From positions 78,104 to 142,103 of the forward strand of contig CACIJE010000001.1 of the NCBI GenBank assembly GCA_902586925.1: 64,000 nucleotides of DNA, written 5' to 3'. This document shows, in pieces, positions 60,969 through 64,000 of this stretch (positions are counted from its first letter, which is position 1; each line of letters begins with the position of its first letter). The notes under the pieces were generated by a model. That model worked only from the letters and a program-made list of their open reading frames with translations. It made no database searches and had not been told where the DNA came from. The position numbers were made by a program, and so were the translations under genes. The DNA comes from an uncultured SAR86 cluster bacterium (GTDB lineage Bacteria > Pseudomonadota > Gammaproteobacteria > Magnimaribacterales > D2472).

Positions 60969-62158
60969 TTAACGCCTGCTTTATCAAAAACAGATGTTGC
61001 TATTTCAGCAATGTCATACATTTCCTGTTTATTTAGCGTTGGATGAACCAAAAAAACAATTGATGTCTCACCTAATTGCTTTGCTACAGGCAAGCGCTCA
61101 TCTGGCCTAAAATTAGTGTTATCAAATGCTTTTTCTAAATAAACTTCGGAACAAGATCCATGCATGCAAGGGGCACCCTTAGAACTAATTTCTGAAATAA
61201 TACGATCTCTAGTCCAATTATTCTTCAAATTCTTTTCTTGTACAAAAACATAATATTTATAAAAAGCGTGAATGAAACCTTCCTCATTTCTTAATTGAGG
61301 AATTCTAATAATTCCATCCTTTTCTGTAAATTTAGAAAATTTTTCAGTAAGAATCTTAGCATTGCCGTTTCTTGTCTTTGTCCATTCAGCCATTTTATTT
61401 AATTGTATTCGACCAATGGCGCCTTGCATTTCAGTCATTCTCCAATTTGTTCCAAAAGATTCATGAATCCATCTAAATCCCTCAGGATGCTTCTTGTTGT
61501 ATACTGCTTCATAACTTTTTCCATGATCTTTATATTCCCACATCTTTAACCATAGAGATTTGTTATTTGTTGTAACCATTCCACCTTCACCACCCGTGGT
61601 CATTATCTTATCTTGACAAAAACTCCAGCAACCTATGTCTCCAATTGATCCTACCGGTTTACCTCTATACTTTGCTCCGTGTGCTTGAGCACAGTCTTCA
61701 ATAATAAATAAATCATTATCGCTTGCTATAGACTTTATTTCATCCATATCACAAGGCCATCCAGCCAAATGAACACACATAATTGCCTTTGTATTTTTAT
61801 TTATAGCTGCATTTATATTTTTTGGTGTAATATTTTGAGTTGAAGGATCAACGTCAACAAAAACAGGAGTAGCCTTAGCATTTATTATAGATGTAATTGA
61901 AGCGATGTAGCTTCTTGAAGTAACAATTACTTCATCTCCGTCTCCAATTCCTAAGGCTTTAATAGCAATGTCTAATGCTAAAGTTCCATTAGCTAGTGAA
62001 ACTGCATATTCAGAGTCAGACCAAGCTGCAAATTCTTTTTCAAACTTGCGGCACTGATCACCAGTCCAATAATTTACTTTGTTAGATGCCAATACGTCTT
62101 TGACACAATCTATTTCTTCAACGCTATAAGATGGCCATGGTGAAAATTGCTTAATCAT
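60965..62158 (-). CDS. DegT/DnrJ/EryC1/StrS-family PLP-dependent nucleotide-sugar aminotransferase (PglE/WbpE-like)
   Basis: The aminotransferase pattern ...VSLANGTLALDIAIKALGIGDGDEVIV... and the Schiff-base region SFCQDKIMTTGEGGMV (Lys in QDK). Confidence 0.85.
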   Translation of the reverse strand: MIKQFSPWPSYSVEEIDCVKDVLASNKVNYWTGDQCRKFEKEFAAWSDSEYAVSLANGTLALDIAIKALGIGDGDEVIVTSRSYIASITSIINAKATPVFVDVDPSTQNITPKNINAAINKNTKAIMCVHLAGWPCDMDEIKSIASDNDLFIIEDCAQAHGAKYRGKPVGSIGDIGCWSFCQDKIMTTGGEGGMVTTNNKSLWLKMWEYKDHGKSYEAVYNKKHPEGFRWIHESFGTNWRMTEMQGAIGRIQLNKMAEWTKTRNGNAKILTEKFSKFTEKDGIIRIPQLRNEEGFIHAFYKYYVFVQEKNLKNNWTRDRIISEISSKGAPCMHGSCSEVYLEKAFDNTNFRPDERLPVAKQLGETSIVFLVHPTLNKQEMYDIAEIATSVFDKAGVK

Positions 62159-62559
62159 TATTTTTCTAGTTTTTTGATTACCTTAGCTGGAACACCATAA
62201 GCAACAACATTATCTGGGATATCTTTATTAACTAAACTATGGGCTCCAACGACTGAATTTTTTCCAACAGAAACACCAGGGAGTATAGTTGTATGGCTTC
62301 CAATTCGGCAATTATTTTTCAAGTAAATTTTACCACTTGTATTATCAATTGTAGATGTAGAGTATATTGAACAGTGAGATCCTATTTGAACATTATCTTC
62401 AATCACAACACCGTTCAGGGCATTTATATATGAGAATGCTCCAATATCTGTCTCTCTGCCTAAAATAAGTCCATCTAAATTTTGTACTAACCAATTGTAC
62501 TTTGTAGTTTCTCCTTCTTTAATATCTGGATACTTCCAATCAGAAAACCTTTTAGTCAT
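62158..62559 (-). CDS. Left-handed beta-helix (hexapeptide-repeat) sugar acetyltransferase
   Basis: Hexapeptide repeats (IEDNVQIGSHCSIY..., NCRIGSHTTILPGVSVGKNSVVGAHSLV). 133 aa. Confidence 0.75.
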   Translation of the reverse strand: MTKRFSDWKYPDIKEGETTKYNWLVQNLDGLILGRETDIGAFSYINALNGVVIEDNVQIGSHCSIYSTSTIDNTSGKIYLKNNCRIGSHTTILPGVSVGKNSVVGAHSLVNKDIPDNVVAYGVPAKVIKKLEK

Positions 62560-63181
62560 TTTTCATATTGCCTTTAAATTTATTCATAGTTACATGATTG
62601 TTGTGGCTTATGTCATTTCGCAAAATCACTTTTTTCAGAGTTAACCAAAGTATTTTGATATCTAAACCAACTGATAGATTATAGACATACCATACATCTA
62701 GCTCAAATTTTTCATTCCAGCTAATTGCATTTCGTCCATTAATTTGAGCCCAACCAGTTATGCCTGGTTTTACTTTGTGACGAATAGATTGTCTTTTTGA
62801 ATACAATGGTAAATACTCTAAAAGTAAGGGTCTAGGACCAACCAAACTCATATCTCCTTTTATTACATTGATAAGTTCTGGTAACTCATCCAAACTTGTA
62901 GATCTTAAAAATTTACCAAATTTAGTAAGTCTTTTCTCATCAGATAAAATGTTTCCGTTTTTATCAAATTTATTAATCATCGTTCTAAATTTGTAGATAT
63001 AGAAAACTTTACCATTACGTCCAGGTCGTTTCTGTATAAAAAAAATTGGCGAGCCAAGATTAATTTTTACAATTAATATGATTAATAAAAAAATTGGTAG
63101 TAAAAACAATATGCCAAAAAAGGCTATTGTAAGATCTATAATTCTTTTTATGTATGTTCTATACATCGTAAACTTTTTCAA
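62552..63181 (-). CDS. Small monotopic phosphoglycosyl transferase (bacterial sugar transferase, PglC/WbaP C-terminal type)
   Basis: KRIIDL..., FIQKRPG.NGK.F.IYKFRTM, LDELPELINVIKGDMSLVGPRP, and KPGITGWAQINGRN. Collinear with Campylobacter PglC as I recall it. Confidence 0.9.
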   Translation of the reverse strand: MKKFTMYRTYIKRIIDLTIAFFGILFLLPIFLLIILIVKINLGSPIFFIQKRPGRNGKVFYIYKFRTMINKFDKNGNILSDEKRLTKFGKFLRSTSLDELPELINVIKGDMSLVGPRPLLLEYLPLYSKRQSIRHKVKPGITGWAQINGRNAISWNEKFELDVWYVYNLSVGLDIKILWLTLKKVILRNDISHNNHVTMNKFKGNMKND

Positions 63182-64000
63182 AAAATTTTATTGAATATCT
63201 TATTATATTTCGATAATGCTATTTCTCGAGAATAGTTTTTTTTTGCAAAATTTAAAGCATTTTCATTTTGTTTTTTTATTAAAACATCATCACAGGTATA
63301 TTTTAAAAAATCTTTGATACTTGATTCTGATAATGTTGCTGGTAGAACGTAACCAATGTTTTCTTCATTTATTATATCCTTCTGCCAACCATTGTGATTA
63401 ATTAAAATTGGTTTACCAGCAGCAATCGTATCAAAAAATTTGTTTGCTGAGTTTGACCAAAGTTCTTTAATTGGAATTACAAAAGAGCTGCCAATATCAC
63501 ATTCAAAATAAAATTGAGGTAATTCTGACTTGGATACAGAATCAAGAAAAAAAACATTTTTATTAATTACACCTTTCCTGTGAGCTTCCTCTATAATGAT
63601 TTTTTTATAAGCTCCATCACCAATTAAAATATATACAATTGATGGATCCAAAGATAATGATTTTGATGCTAAATTGATTACATAATTAATACCATTCACT
63701 TTTCCAAAAGTACCAGCATATAAAATGCTGAAACGTGGTAAAAATCCAATTTTTTTTTCTATTAGGAATTTATCGCTCTCATGCTGGTTTTGAAATCTAT
63801 CTATTTCTGAAATATTTTCAATAACCTCAATTATTTTTGGTGTGAGTTTTGGATACCTTGAAGTAATTGATTTTTTCATATCAACTGACAAAGGCACTAT
63901 TACACTAGCATTTTTATAAATCAAACTTTCTAAAATATATAAAGCTCTTATAAAAATTTTATTTTTAACAGCTCCGATCGCAATAACAACTTCAGGCCAA
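63178..64000 (-). CDS. Glycosyltransferase, GT4 (group 1) family. The N-terminus lies beyond the window edge.
   Basis: The frame stays open upstream of the listed TTG at 63924 all the way to nt 64000 (WPEVVIAIGAVKNKIFIRALYILESLIYKNAS...). C-terminal GT-B domain (YAGTFGKVNG..., ...AAGKPIL). Confidence 0.75.
   Translation of the reverse strand, partial: WPEVVIAIGAVKNKIFIRALYILESLIYKNASVIVPLSVDMKKSITSRYPKLTPKIIEVIENISEIDRFQNQHESDKFLIEKKIGFLPRFSILYAGTFGKVNGINYVINLASKSLSLDPSIVYILIGDGAYKKIIIEEAHRKGVINKNVFFLDSVSKSELPQFYFECDIGSSFVIPIKELWSNSANKFFDTIAAGKPILINHNGWQKDIINEENIGYVLPATLSESSIKDFLKYTCDDVLIKKQNENALNFAKKNYSREIALSKYNKIFNKIF

Overview
Visibly AT-rich (roughly one-third G+C by eye, not computed), very gene-dense bacterial chromosomal window. 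I call about 62 protein genes and one tRNA-Pro(GGG). I saw no rRNA, CRISPR array, transposase, integrase or recognisable defence genes. Many neighbouring genes share stop/start overlaps (ATGA, TAATG) or lie under 15 nt apart. The synteny infC-rpmI-rplT-pheS-pheT ... ihfA-tRNA-Pro and a TonB-dependent receptor suggest a streamlined marine proteobacterium, possibly gammaproteobacterial; this is inference only.

Content from left to right:
- An atu/liu-like branched-chain or terpenoid acyl-CoA catabolic cluster: carboxylase beta and alpha subunits, TetR, AtuA-like DUF1446, enoyl-CoA hydratase and two adjacent acyl-CoA dehydrogenases.
- Housekeeping genes: prc, xthA, a GNAT, tadA, CIA30, a GcvT/DmdA-like aminomethyltransferase, lipid-activating enzymes, nagZ and apt.
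- A probable glycan-tailoring islet: an FkbM-like methyltransferase, a GT-B-like hypothetical, an SGNH-like protein and an SxtI/SxtK/SxtJ-like carbamoyltransferase trio. The trio includes a 50-aa ORF that is missing from the supplied ORF track.
- Two tandem paralogous lipoproteins.
- A purine block: guaB, guaA, a Gpt-like PRTase, a TonB-dependent receptor and an NCS2 permease.
- Central and one-carbon metabolism genes: fumC, PCD, a class II aldolase, ALDH, fhs, plus photolyase.
- A PglF/CapD-like dehydratase.
- The translation operon infC-rpmI-rplT-pheS-pheT.
- The start of an O-antigen/bacillosamine-like cluster.

The most unusual locus is a three-gene cassette at 51074..56437, wedged between pheT and ihfA. 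It encodes a long Wza-like SLBB protein, a YjbH/GfcD-like outer-membrane protein, and a secreted Ig/cadherin-domain protein ending in an uninterrupted (Gly-Thr)21 tail. Other points worth checking are a minimal PheRS (alpha subunit without its N-terminal coiled coil, beta subunit without the B2 OB-fold), an apparent AUA start for infC, and the sxtIJK-like module.
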